Shown here: one piece after another, positions 35,621 through 43,647 of the stretch
How the letters are laid out: each line of letters opens with the position of its first letter
Numbering within the stretch: position 1 is the first letter of the stretch
IMG/VR virus record: IMGVR_UViG_3300025087_002150
Origin: a virus
DNA length: 45,063 nucleotides
Direction: 5' to 3' (one strand)
The notes under the pieces: model-generated
Databases searched by the model: none
The model's input: the letters and a program-made list of their open reading frames with translations, nothing else
Told to the model about the DNA's origin: nothing
Program-made: the position numbers and the translations under genes

Positions 35621-35905
35621 TCATATCAACCCCCGCCAAGATAGAAAGCGTAGCTTTCCTCTTTTAGTTTCTTGTAGAAATTGCACATTTCCCCTAATTT
35701 TTCCATCTCTATCAATTCTTTTTTTAATATCTTTACTTTGTTCTCCACTAACCGCTACCTTTATACCCTCTTTATTTGTGAGGGTTATGCCCTTCCCGTG
35801 AGGCATAAGCTCATAGTTCTGGAACTCCACTACCTTCTCCTTCCAGAACTTATATTTTAACGAGTTATTACTTCTTACATTCTCATAAATCCCCTCTAAA
35901 TTAAG
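35621..35905 (-). pseudogene. C-terminal motif V and OB-fold of the DNA ligase, behind an in-frame TAA
   Basis: Same frame as 35906..37276; reads LNLEGIYENVRSNNSLKYK...VQFLQETKRGKLRFLSWRGL. Confidence 0.75.
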
Positions 35906-37276
35906 TTAAATTATGCCTTCCCCCCCCTCTCTTTTAAATTCTTCTATCTTACTCAAGTCAACAAAATTCTCCGCAATTTTCACTACTTCATTTTCAAGAA
36001 CGCAAGAATTTAGAATCTTATATCTTTTTTCGTAACTAAATCCTCTTAGATTTCTACTATTGGAATAAATCTCATCAAATAATACTATTTTTGAAGGAAG
36101 CATATTTCTTAATTCCTCAAAACCGCTTTCCGAATGGACACGGCTCTGAATTTTATTAAAATCCCCATCCCTTGAGATTATTTCTCCTATAAAAATTGCA
36201 TCATTCGGGACTATACTTCTAATGATAGATTCAACTATCTCTGGGAATTTCCTTGTTATATCTCTCATTTCTCTATTATATAGTCTAACCTGCCTTCCTG
36301 TAAGCCTTACACAACATAAAATGCCATCATACTTTTGCTGGAATATCCATCTTCCATTTTCTATTAGATTATCTGTTTTATTGCACAGCATAAAGCCTAT
36401 TCTCTGAACATTTAATCTGTGGGAAATCTCGCTATCCTCAATACCAATCTTCTCTTTAAATTCTTTTGAATACGGATGGTCAGCATTTATAATTTCTCTA
36501 TCTATAATGTTCTTACTTTCTATTGTAGTCAGGTATTCTTTAATTCTATCGTCTTTTCTTTTAATAGTTAATATGTTACCGAACAAGAAATACAGCTTTA
36601 AGGCATTTCTATTATAAGTCCTTATAGAAGTAACTCCTTTATTATCATTAGCCTCGTAGAAAACTATTTTAAAATCGGTCAAGATTTTGCGAAGGAGTGA
36701 TAGAACTTTTCTATCTTTATTTGATAAACTAAGACCTAATATGCTCCTATCTCTGTCGTAAGTTACACACCCCTCGCTATCAAACATTCCTCTTAAAAAC
36801 TCAATTCCTTGCATATCATTTGTTAAGTCTAATCCATTAATCTTATCTATAAAAAACTCAACAACCTTCTTTCTACTACACGAATATTTGTATAAATCCT
36901 TCCCCCCAAAAGCGTTTTTGCTCTGGCTTATCCTCCTTATCTTTTCATCTATCTCCACGATACTTTCAAACTCCCTCTTAAATTTCTCTACAAACTCGTA
37001 ATCAGTAGCCATCAAGGCAACTTTATTGATTAATCCATTTTGATGTATAGTTCCATCTCCCATTAAAGTACCAATAACATAAAACAACGATTTTTCATCT
37101 AGTGGATATTTAAAGTGCGTTATCTTCAAATTTTTTAGACCTATTCTTTCCCTCACTTCTTTATTGAATTTACTTATCTTTCCTCTACTCATCAATTCGT
37201 TATACTTCTCAGTAGCGTTTTCTTTCTCTTTCTTACCCTGCATAAATAACCTTCTCTGCATCTGAAATTTTCCCAT
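35906..37276 (-). CDS. LAGLIDADG homing endonuclease fused to an ATP-dependent DNA ligase adenylation domain
   Basis: VIGTLMGDG and FLRGMFDSEG motifs; then QKYDG, LYNRE..DIT.KFPEI, IGEII, VLFDEI, EGII*. Confidence 0.85.
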   Translation of the reverse strand: MGKFQMQRRLFMQGKKEKENATEKYNELMSRGKISKFNKEVRERIGLKNLKITHFKYPLDEKSLFYVIGTLMGDGTIHQNGLINKVALMATDYEFVEKFKREFESIVEIDEKIRRISQSKNAFGGKDLYKYSCSRKKVVEFFIDKINGLDLTNDMQGIEFLRGMFDSEGCVTYDRDRSILGLSLSNKDRKVLSLLRKILTDFKIVFYEANDNKGVTSIRTYNRNALKLYFLFGNILTIKRKDDRIKEYLTTIESKNIIDREIINADHPYSKEFKEKIGIEDSEISHRLNVQRIGFMLCNKTDNLIENGRWIFQQKYDGILCCVRLTGRQVRLYNREMRDITRKFPEIVESIIRSIVPNDAIFIGEIISRDGDFNKIQSRVHSESGFEELRNMLPSKIVLFDEIYSNSRNLRGFSYEKRYKILNSCVLENEVVKIAENFVDLSKIEEFKREGGEGII

Positions 37277-37319
37277 CTTACCCCTATCGCTCCGCTCTTT
37301 TATTCATCACTTTTATTCA

Positions 37320-37442
37320 TCACTTCGCAATAGTTTTAGCACAATTCAAGCAGATAACCCTGCCTCTCCACTTGTATTCCTTGCCTTCCTCTATCGGCTT
37401 CCCGCAGTTCTGGCACATCCTTCCGCATATTGTCCTTTCCAT
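37320..37442 (-). CDS. 40-aa Zn-finger mini-protein (CQNC...CLNC)
   Basis: Manual translation MERTICGRMCQNCGKPIEEG... Confidence 0.6.
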   Translation of the reverse strand: MERTICGRMCQNCGKPIEEGKEYKWRGRVICLNCAKTIAK

Positions 37443-37464
37443 TTTATAGATAGACATACAGATT

Positions 37465-37794
37465 TTACTTTTCTAATAAGCTAACCTTGTTTATCCCATA
37501 TATCTTAATGTTCTTATTCTTCTTCCCCGTATCGTAGATGAATCTTAAATTAAGGAGCAGTCTTTTATATCCATACATAGTAGCAGGAGATACTCCAAAT
37601 TCTTCCGCAATAGCTACTTCAAGTATATTGCTCGGCACTTCATTAACGCATCCCCTATCCTTAACTTTATCTATAACATTAGCAAGTTTTTTGTAGTCCG
37701 CCATCTTATCTCTCTCTATCTTTATCTCTATTTTAGATAGCTTCTCTTTATAAACTCTTCTTCCTTTCATAACCATTTTATCTTTCATCTCCAC
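37465..37794 (-). CDS. Possible winged-helix protein
   Basis: IAEEFGVSPATMYGYKRLL. Confidence 0.55.
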   Translation of the reverse strand: MEMKDKMVMKGRRVYKEKLSKIEIKIERDKMADYKKLANVIDKVKDRGCVNEVPSNILEVAIAEEFGVSPATMYGYKRLLLNLRFIYDTGKKNKNIKIYGINKVSLLEK

Positions 37795-38030
37795 TTAAAA
37801 TCCCTAAAGTCCCAATAAGCATCTCCTCTCAAGAAAATAAACTTGCCTTCTTCAACAACCTCCCATTTACCATTTTCTTCTTTGGTTTCTGTATAACTCG
37901 TAAGGCTCATAGCCCCATTTCTCTCGTAGAAGCCCCTTAGCTCACCCATTACTTTGTGCCCATTCTTGAGAGTTACAACTATTAGCTTACCTATTAACTG
38001 CTTCGTGTTAAGAGATTCCTCTATAACCAT
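37785..38030 (-). CDS. Sm/Lsm-like RNA-binding protein
   Basis: Sm1 IGKLIVVTLKNGHKVMGELRGF...MSL...E; Sm2 GKFIFLRGD. Confidence 0.7.
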   Translation of the reverse strand: MVIEESLNTKQLIGKLIVVTLKNGHKVMGELRGFYERNGAMSLTSYTETKEENGKWEVVEEGKFIFLRGDAYWDFRDFKWR

Positions 38031-38395
38031 TTTTCAATATTCTCCTCAAAATTCTTAGGTTTCTCTATCTGCTTCAAGTCGGAAGCACGAATGACAAATT
38101 GAATATCGCCATCATTATTGTAGGTCTGCCCGAACTTATAGATGTCGGCAAGAGGGATAGTATGATACTCTACCTTATCCTTCTCATTAACATAATGGCA
38201 GACAACACCAACTATATGATATTTTCTTCTTAATTCGGCAAGTAGCTCCTGCGAGATTGCAAAGAAGGAGTGAAAAATCCCGAAGTAATGCTTCTTGTAT
38301 TCCCTTCTTGTGTAATAGACATTCCCCTTTGATGAAGGGAATACCCAACCGACCATCTCTGGTCTGCCATCCAGCTTCCAATAGATTTTATTCAT
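38021..38395 (-). CDS. Hypothetical viral protein
   Basis: Coupled ORF. Confidence 0.65.
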   Translation of the reverse strand: MNKIYWKLDGRPEMVGWVFPSSKGNVYYTRREYKKHYFGIFHSFFAISQELLAELRRKYHIVGVVCHYVNEKDKVEYHTIPLADIYKFGQTYNNDGDIQFVIRASDLKQIEKPKNFEENIEKWL

Positions 38396-38574
38396 CTTTC
38401 CTCCTTCTTCCTAAGATAGTATGTCTTCTGGTATGCCTTATATTTGGCCGTCTTCTGGTATGTCTTCTGGTTTTCCCTATGTCGTTCTCTTTGGCAGTTC
38501 AACTTTCCGCAAGTTTTCTGCCACAGGCTCGGATTCTCTATTTCCTTTTTACAGATTTTGCACTTTTTTTTCAT
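38392..38574 (-). CDS. Zn-finger protein, single-repeat paralog of 1832..2119
   Basis: MKKKCKICKKEIENPSLWQKTCGKLNC...QKTAKYKAYQKTYYLRKK; lies within track ORF 38392..38700. Confidence 0.7.
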   Translation of the reverse strand: MKKKCKICKKEIENPSLWQKTCGKLNCQRERHRENQKTYQKTAKYKAYQKTYYLRKKEER

Positions 38575-38846
38575 CCTTTCTCTCCGAAAAGCTCTTGTTC
38601 TACTATGGCGCAGAATCCAGCGAATCTGCCTTTTTGCTCTGGGTGCGTTTTCATCTGCCTTAGCTTCTCCCGCATCTCCTTCAGGTGGGTGAGGTGGCAC
38701 TGGGTTGCTTTAAGTTCTCCCTGTAACCTGTTAAGCTTACTTTCATAGAGAGTTACATTTATGAAATTTCCCTCTCTTAATCCTATTTTATCTATCTTCT
38801 TTTCAAGCTCCTGTTCTTTCTTCTCAAGTTCTTCAAAGGTAAGCAT
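38571..38846 (-). CDS. Paralog family A member 4
   Basis: EELEKKEQELEKKID...TQCHLTHLKEMREK...ELFGEKG. Confidence 0.75.
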   Translation of the reverse strand: MLTFEELEKKEQELEKKIDKIGLREGNFINVTLYESKLNRLQGELKATQCHLTHLKEMREKLRQMKTHPEQKGRFAGFCAIVEQELFGEKG

Positions 38847-38994
38847 CTTTTATTTCCTCCTCTATTCTTATTCTCCTATATTGATATTCATCCAAATTAT
38901 AAGTTCCAGTTGGATATATACACCGCATTATTCGGCTCATTAACTTTGAGACCTTCTTTTCCTTCTCAAGTTCTTTTATTGTTTTCATTTTCAT
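38833..38994 (-). CDS. 53-aa protein with the family A N-terminal block only
   Basis: MKMKTIKELEKEK then unrelated sequence. Confidence 0.5.
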   Translation of the reverse strand: MKMKTIKELEKEKKVSKLMSRIMRCIYPTGTYNLDEYQYRRIRIEEEIKDAYL

Positions 38995-39086
38995 CTGTTC
39001 TCCCCCTTAACCGCTTTCTCTATACATTCATCGCAGTAAGGAACATCCTTTTCTACTTTTGCTTTCCTGCAAGTTTTACATTTCAT
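38991..39086 (-). CDS. 31-aa Zn-finger mini-protein
   Basis: MKCKTC...YCDEC; coupled at both ends. Confidence 0.55.
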   Translation of the reverse strand: MKCKTCRKAKVEKDVPYCDECIEKAVKGENR

Positions 39087-39190
39087 TCTTCCCCTCCATG
39101 ACACTTACATTTGCAACTTCGCCATCTAGCTTTCAGATTGCCTTTTTTGCAGTCCTTACAATCTCCTCTTCTACATCTGCCTGTTTTCAT
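39083..39190 (-). CDS. 35-aa Cys-rich mini-protein
   Basis: MKTGRCRRGDCKDC...CKCKCHGGEE after the GGAGAGGAAGG motif. Confidence 0.5.
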   Translation of the reverse strand: MKTGRCRRGDCKDCKKGNLKARWRSCKCKCHGGEE

Positions 39191-39437
39191 CCTTCCTCTC
39201 CTCAAGCTCTCGCTTCCTCCCACTCTTCCTCTGATTCTGGCTACCAAGACCAAGAGCAACACCAAAAACAACAGCAACAAGAGCACCAACACCAACGCCA
39301 AAAACAAGAGCAACATCAACGTCAACGCCAATAGCAACACCAACGCCAAAAACAAGAGCACCAGAAATAACAAGAGCACCAAGAGCACCAAGACCAAGAG
39401 CACCACTTTCCGTCTCAAGTTCTTTTATCATTTTCAT
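39171..39437 (-). CDS. Gly/Val/Ala-rich low-complexity membrane protein
   Basis: MKMIKELETE start coupled to the upstream stop; reading frame ambiguous. Confidence 0.45.
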   Translation of the reverse strand: MKMIKELETESGALGLGALGALVISGALVFGVGVAIGVDVDVALVFGVGVGALVAVVFGVALGLGSQNQRKSGRKRELEERKDENRQM

Positions 39438-39543
39438 AATCTTTCTCCCATCCTCTCAAGAGCATCGGCTATCCTCTTAAGCTGTGCGTGTATGTTCAAC
39501 GCTATTGTTTCATCCATATTTTAGTCCGTAACTGCCCTGCGGT

Positions 39544-39798
39544 TCATCCATATTCTCTTCCCTTGTCCAGACAGAAGTCGCAAACGAGTTCATAGTCCTC
39601 GCCATCAACCTTCATCCTGTTCAAGAAGTCAGCTTCAAGATAATCCTCACATAAAGCACACTTATCACAATTACATTCCTTGTCCTCTTTCTTGCAGTAG
39701 CCACATACTATCCTGACCTGCCATCTCTTTCTTACCTCTGCCCTAAATGGCAAGTCATAAAGCTGTTCATATATTTGTTCTTCCATTTTTATCTCCAA
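39544..39798 (-). CDS. Cys-rich Zn-binding protein, paralog of 3766..3978
   Basis: RWQVRIVCGYC..ECNC..CALC..CDFC. Confidence 0.7.
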   Translation of the reverse strand: MEIKMEEQIYEQLYDLPFRAEVRKRWQVRIVCGYCKKEDKECNCDKCALCEDYLEADFLNRMKVDGEDYELVCDFCLDKGREYG

Positions 39799-40125
39799 CT
39801 ACAACAATAACACTTTCCTCACAAACTCCTGCCTTTTCCTCTCTCCCTCTTTTGAAATCTTTAATTTTCTTTTGTTGCCAACACCGACCTGTAAGATATA
39901 CCCCCCCTTAATCAATCCGTTAATAATCCTCGTTGTATACACATATTCTACTTTCAGACAAGAAGATATATACGAAGCAGTTTTATTTTTATCTTCTATC
40001 TGGTGGAGTAATTGAAGTATTCTCCATTCAGTTTTTCTAATTCCTATCTCTTTTTCAAGGTTATCCATTCTACGCTGTTCTTGTAGTAGTAGTTCTATTC
40101 CCTTTATATATTTTTCTCTACCCAT
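39799..40125 (-). CDS. MarR-like winged-helix protein
   Basis: WRILQLL...ASYISS...TRIINGLIKGGYI...KRKLKISKEG. Confidence 0.75.
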   Translation of the reverse strand: MGREKYIKGIELLLQEQRRMDNLEKEIGIRKTEWRILQLLHQIEDKNKTASYISSCLKVEYVYTTRIINGLIKGGYILQVGVGNKRKLKISKEGERKRQEFVRKVLLL

Positions 40126-40512
40126 CTTCCAGCTTATCCAACATTTTCTTCATATCATCTTCTGTATTCTTCAAAACCCACTCTGACTTTTTAATCTGCA
40201 TAGTGAGTATCTTAGCCAGAAATTCCTCGTCTTCTTTGGTCAGTTCTTTCATCTTCTCTCCTTATCTTCAATAATGATACAGATTATAAAGCCAAAAATA
40301 TTGTATGGCTCTCTCTCAAAAAGAAATACGTTATAAGTAATGCGTAGCTAATCAACATATACATTTGACTATTTTTCATCTTCTTCTCCGAACTTCTCTA
40401 AACAAAAATCACAAACCATCTCTGTAGCCCCTTCATCAAATTTAGTCCTCTGCATAAAAGTTAGTTCCATCATTTACCTCACCCATACAAGACTAAGACC
40501 TCTTTATCCTCT

Positions 40513-40734
40513 TTAGTTAGTTCCATCATTCACCTCAAACTCCAGCATCTTTTTTACATCTTCTAATCTAAATCTTAATTGCTCTCTTAAATCAAAAACA
40601 ACAAGTCTTTCCTCTATCTGCTCAAGCAAGGCAAGAATATCGCTTTTCGCCTGTGCTTTATGGTATCTTTCGTATTCTTGTTCCATTTTCAAATTTTCAT
40701 ATAACACTCTGTTCCATAGTTTAATATAATCCAA
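40513..40734 (-). CDS. Hypothetical helical protein
   Basis: Track ORF; start uncertain. Confidence 0.45.
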   Translation of the reverse strand: MDYIKLWNRVLYENLKMEQEYERYHKAQAKSDILALLEQIEERLVVFDLREQLRFRLEDVKKMLEFEVNDGTN

Positions 40735-40808
40735 TCAACAAAAGTATCAATACAACAAAGTGTCCTATCAAAAGGATGGCTTCCCCAGTAGGTAATGTAA
40801 CTCTCATT

Positions 40809-41387
40809 TTATTTTTTCACCATCATCATTTCGGGATTAAATCTCTCTATTTGCTCTTGTGATATTATCATCTTCTCTTGTCTTTTCTCAACAATTAACT
40901 GCTGTGATAAAGTTTCAATACTTCCCCAACCCAATATAAGCATGAGGAAATCACCTTTAGGCACAAGATAGGCTATATAGAATTTATAGCCCCCGTTTGA
41001 AAATAGAAACTCTAATGCTTTGCCTTTTTTAAGTAGGTAATCCTTCAATCTGTTGTTAAGGCACAGGTGATAGCTCTCTGGAATAATATCAAGTGCCTTC
41101 TGCATATCAACTTCTTCATAGCTCTGCACTTCCTTCGTCAGCTTCGCCCTTGCTAGTGGCTTATTATTTACAAGGCGTAGAACCTCGCTGTGTGGCTTCC
41201 CTGCCTCATCTACATAAACATTCCTCAAGCCATCAGAAATAATCGTGCCGTCTTTGAGCATCCTTGCAAACCGCAGGGGCTTACCTTCCTTGCTTACTAT
41301 GGGGTAGCTTTCCCTTAACTTCTCTGGTTGTAATGGCGTATGCAATATCTTATGTTCGCCCACCTGTAATTCTCGCCAGATACTCAT
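40809..41387 (-). CDS. Ku-like (beta-barrel) DNA end-binding protein candidate
   Basis: C-terminal half (EVD...ESYHL...LKDYLLKKGKAL..F.....YIAYLVPKGDFLMLIL) aligns by eye with the prokaryotic Ku core. Confidence 0.45.
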   Translation of the reverse strand: MSIWRELQVGEHKILHTPLQPEKLRESYPIVSKEGKPLRFARMLKDGTIISDGLRNVYVDEAGKPHSEVLRLVNNKPLARAKLTKEVQSYEEVDMQKALDIIPESYHLCLNNRLKDYLLKKGKALEFLFSNGGYKFYIAYLVPKGDFLMLILGWGSIETLSQQLIVEKRQEKMIISQEQIERFNPEMMMVKK

Positions 41388-41767
41388 CTTCCACCACCAT
41401 ATAGATTTTCGTTACATTCTTCCTGATATTTAATACCATCTGGAGTGAGGGTTAATACTCTCTTATTCTTATTCTTAATCTCCCTAACATATCCCTTTAG
41501 CTTTAAGAATGAAATCCTTTTACAAGTAGAGCTGTAATCTCTCTCCATCCTATTTGAGATAAAAATAGCATTTCTATTCTCTTGTCCTACCTGTTTAAGT
41601 ATGGTAAGTATATAGAAGTCCGCCATATTTATCCCTTTCTCTCTTGCTCTTTCCATAAAGTATGGTGGTGGTGGAAGTATATAAATGTTTTGCCTTTTCA
41701 TCTTAATCAAAAGCCACCTCTCCAGCTTCCGCCTGAACGAGCATCCCGTTAAACTCCCTCTCATCAA
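41384..41767 (-). CDS. MarR-like winged-helix protein, paralog of 39799..40125
   Basis: FYILTIL...AIFISNR...KRISFLKLKGYV...KRVLTLTPDG. Confidence 0.75.
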   Translation of the reverse strand: MMRGSLTGCSFRRKLERWLLIKMKRQNIYILPPPPYFMERAREKGINMADFYILTILKQVGQENRNAIFISNRMERDYSSTCKRISFLKLKGYVREIKNKNKRVLTLTPDGIKYQEECNENLYGGGR

Positions 41768-41981
41768 TATAGATAAGACTTTCTCTCAAGCTCTCTATCC
41801 TCTCATTCTTCTCGTTAAGCTCCTCAACCAGCAAGTCAGAAATCAATCTGTGCAGGTCGGTAGGCAACTTAGCATACTGAAATCCCGCAATAAAATCTAA
41901 AATCTCCCTTCTTTCAGCTTCCAAGTCAGCTCTCGCTACTTCTAAAATTTTCTTATTGTCTTGCATTTTCTCATACCTCAA
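41703..41981 (-). CDS. Coiled-coil hypothetical protein
   Basis: Track ORF; SD GAGGT upstream. Confidence 0.55.
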   Translation of the reverse strand: MRYEKMQDNKKILEVARADLEAERREILDFIAGFQYAKLPTDLHRLISDLLVEELNEKNERIESLRESLIYIDEREFNGMLVQAEAGEVAFD

Positions 41982-42108
41982 AAATGTTTTATATTAAAGA
42001 TTATGAACTATTTAAATCTTTTCTTTTCAACAGATTCTATCTCCCCGCCTTTGTCTTACTTCCCATTTCCCATATCCTGCGTGAAATAATTTCGCCTTCG
42101 CCATTTTT

Positions 42109-42264
42109 TCACCTTCTTTTTGTTTTATGTTTCTTTCTATATTCCTTACAAGAAGGATATAAATCCTCCATATCGTGATTCTCTATGAACTTTTCAATAG
42201 CTTCGTCTTTAGTTTCCGCTTCTATAATTTGATTCACATTAACTGAACAAATGTATTTTTTCAT
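42109..42264 (-). CDS. 51-aa hypothetical protein (MKKYICSVNV...EAETKDEAIEK)
   Basis: Manual translation. Confidence 0.55.
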   Translation of the reverse strand: MKKYICSVNVNQIIEAETKDEAIEKFIENHDMEDLYPSCKEYRKKHKTKRR

Positions 42265-42310
42265 TTTTCGCTTTTTCTTATCAATCCATTTCTAATTTTT
42301 TTATTTCTAT

Positions 42311-42547
42311 TTATCTGTTATGGTCATTCTCGAATATCCAATCTCCTGTTCTTTTCTTCCGTGAAGAAGTAGCCAACCCCTTCTTTTCCAGAATAGCCCA
42401 AGTAGTTTTCCCAGTTCTTATATAGTATCTCGCCATCTCGTAGCACTTCCCACATAGCCCTCGTGTCTTCGTCTTCTTTTCCTTGCATTTAGGATTTAAG
42501 CAGACCATTTGATGACTCCTTCCCATATCAACCTTTTGTTCTTTCAT
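42311..42547 (-). CDS. Zn-finger protein
   Basis: CLNPKC...RGLCGKCY. Confidence 0.7.
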   Translation of the reverse strand: MKEQKVDMGRSHQMVCLNPKCKEKKTKTRGLCGKCYEMARYYIRTGKTTWAILEKKGLATSSRKKRTGDWIFENDHNR

Positions 42548-42851
42548 CTTCTACTCCCCTAATAATTATCTTCACAGGCTCTTGTATATCTGAGGCTAAG
42601 TTCGTCATAAGATGCCTCTCTACAAGCCCCAAGATGTTCTCTAGCCTATCCCCATCGGCTGATTTAAAGATAGTGCCGACTTCTATAATCCCGCCTTCAA
42701 TAGCAGTTTCAGTAGTTACGAGAGCTTCCCAGCTCTTCGCTTCATCCTCGTATCTCTTCTTAAGTTCCCTTAGCCTAGCTGTTTCCATTTTGATTTTTGT
42801 CCAATCCTCCACCAGCTCCTTACAGCTATCGGTGACTGCCTCCCATAGCAT
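42528..42851 (-). CDS. Coiled-coil hypothetical protein
   Basis: Track ORF. Confidence 0.6.
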   Translation of the reverse strand: MLWEAVTDSCKELVEDWTKIKMETARLRELKKRYEDEAKSWEALVTTETAIEGGIIEVGTIFKSADGDRLENILGLVERHLMTNLASDIQEPVKIIIRGVEDERTKG

Positions 42852-43034
42852 AATCTCTCATATTCCTTTGCTAACTTTGGATTGATACATTCTAGTGTTC
42901 TTATTATCCCTCGCACTCCTTAAACTTTTTGCAATCACAATGTACTCCACGACAAGGTTCTGTGTTTCTATCGATATATTTATGAGTGAATAGACTATGT
43001 CTACATATACATTTATTTCTTCCCGATTTATCTT

Positions 43035-43328
43035 TCATCCTTCCTCTCCGAAACTTTCTTGGAAAACCCTTTGGTAGTATTCTAAAGTTTCTTCGTTTGG
43101 ATTATAGCTTCTCGTTTCAAACCCTTTAATTCCAGACGTCTGGATATTTGGAAAGGGAAAAGTCAAACAGATTTCTCCCTGTGCTTGTTTCTTAACGACA
43201 TAATCTACAGCTTGTTTATAAGAAAGGCTTCCGTAAGTAAATGTCCTTATTCCGTCTTTAAAACTTACAACACATAACCCTCTGTACTTTATCTCGTTAT
43301 ATTCTAGTAAAGTTAATTTATTTATCAT
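43035..43328 (-). CDS. Hypothetical protein ending in the FGEEG junction motif
   Basis: Body unrelated to family A, same 3' motif. Confidence 0.65.
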   Translation of the reverse strand: MINKLTLLEYNEIKYRGLCVVSFKDGIRTFTYGSLSYKQAVDYVVKKQAQGEICLTFPFPNIQTSGIKGFETRSYNPNEETLEYYQRVFQESFGEEG

Positions 43329-43330
43329 CC

Positions 43331-43624
43331 TTAATTTTTTTCCTGAACTTCGTTTCTATTTATATGTTCTATAAAATCCCATCCTTCTGTATATAGGGCA
43401 TAATAGTCATGTCTTCTTTCAATTCTTCCGAGAATATTTATTTCTTTATCTCCGTTCTCCCAACTTAATTTAACTGACCTTTCTGTAAAGCCATTTAAAA
43501 AATAAGTCTTGGAGAAATCAAGCCGACAATTACCAAGACTTATTTTATTTCTCCCTGTTTTCTCATCTTTCCAACATCTATCTAGTATAGCCTTAACAAG
43601 TTCCTTATTTATTATTTCTGCCAT
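43331..43624 (-). CDS. Hypothetical protein
   Basis: Track ORF. Confidence 0.6.
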   Translation of the reverse strand: MAEIINKELVKAILDRCWKDEKTGRNKISLGNCRLDFSKTYFLNGFTERSVKLSWENGDKEINILGRIERRHDYYALYTEGWDFIEHINRNEVQEKN

Positions 43625-43647
43625 TTTTTCATTTTATTTTCGCCTTT

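Noticed and set aside
35906-35908. TAA reassignment (alternative genetic code)
   Set aside because: Many well-supported genes end in TAA followed by coupled starts; only one interrupted gene was seen
35906-37276. LAGLIDADG domain as part of an intein, or as the C-half of the 4809 intein
   Set aside because: No block B, F or G motif and no His-Asn followed by Cys/Ser/Thr; the downstream domain is a ligase, not an ATPase
39240-39410. AAC-rich plus-strand tract as the missing DGR template region
   Set aside because: No alignable similarity to the VR at 2470-2556; explained as the antisense of a Gly/Val-rich low-complexity ORF
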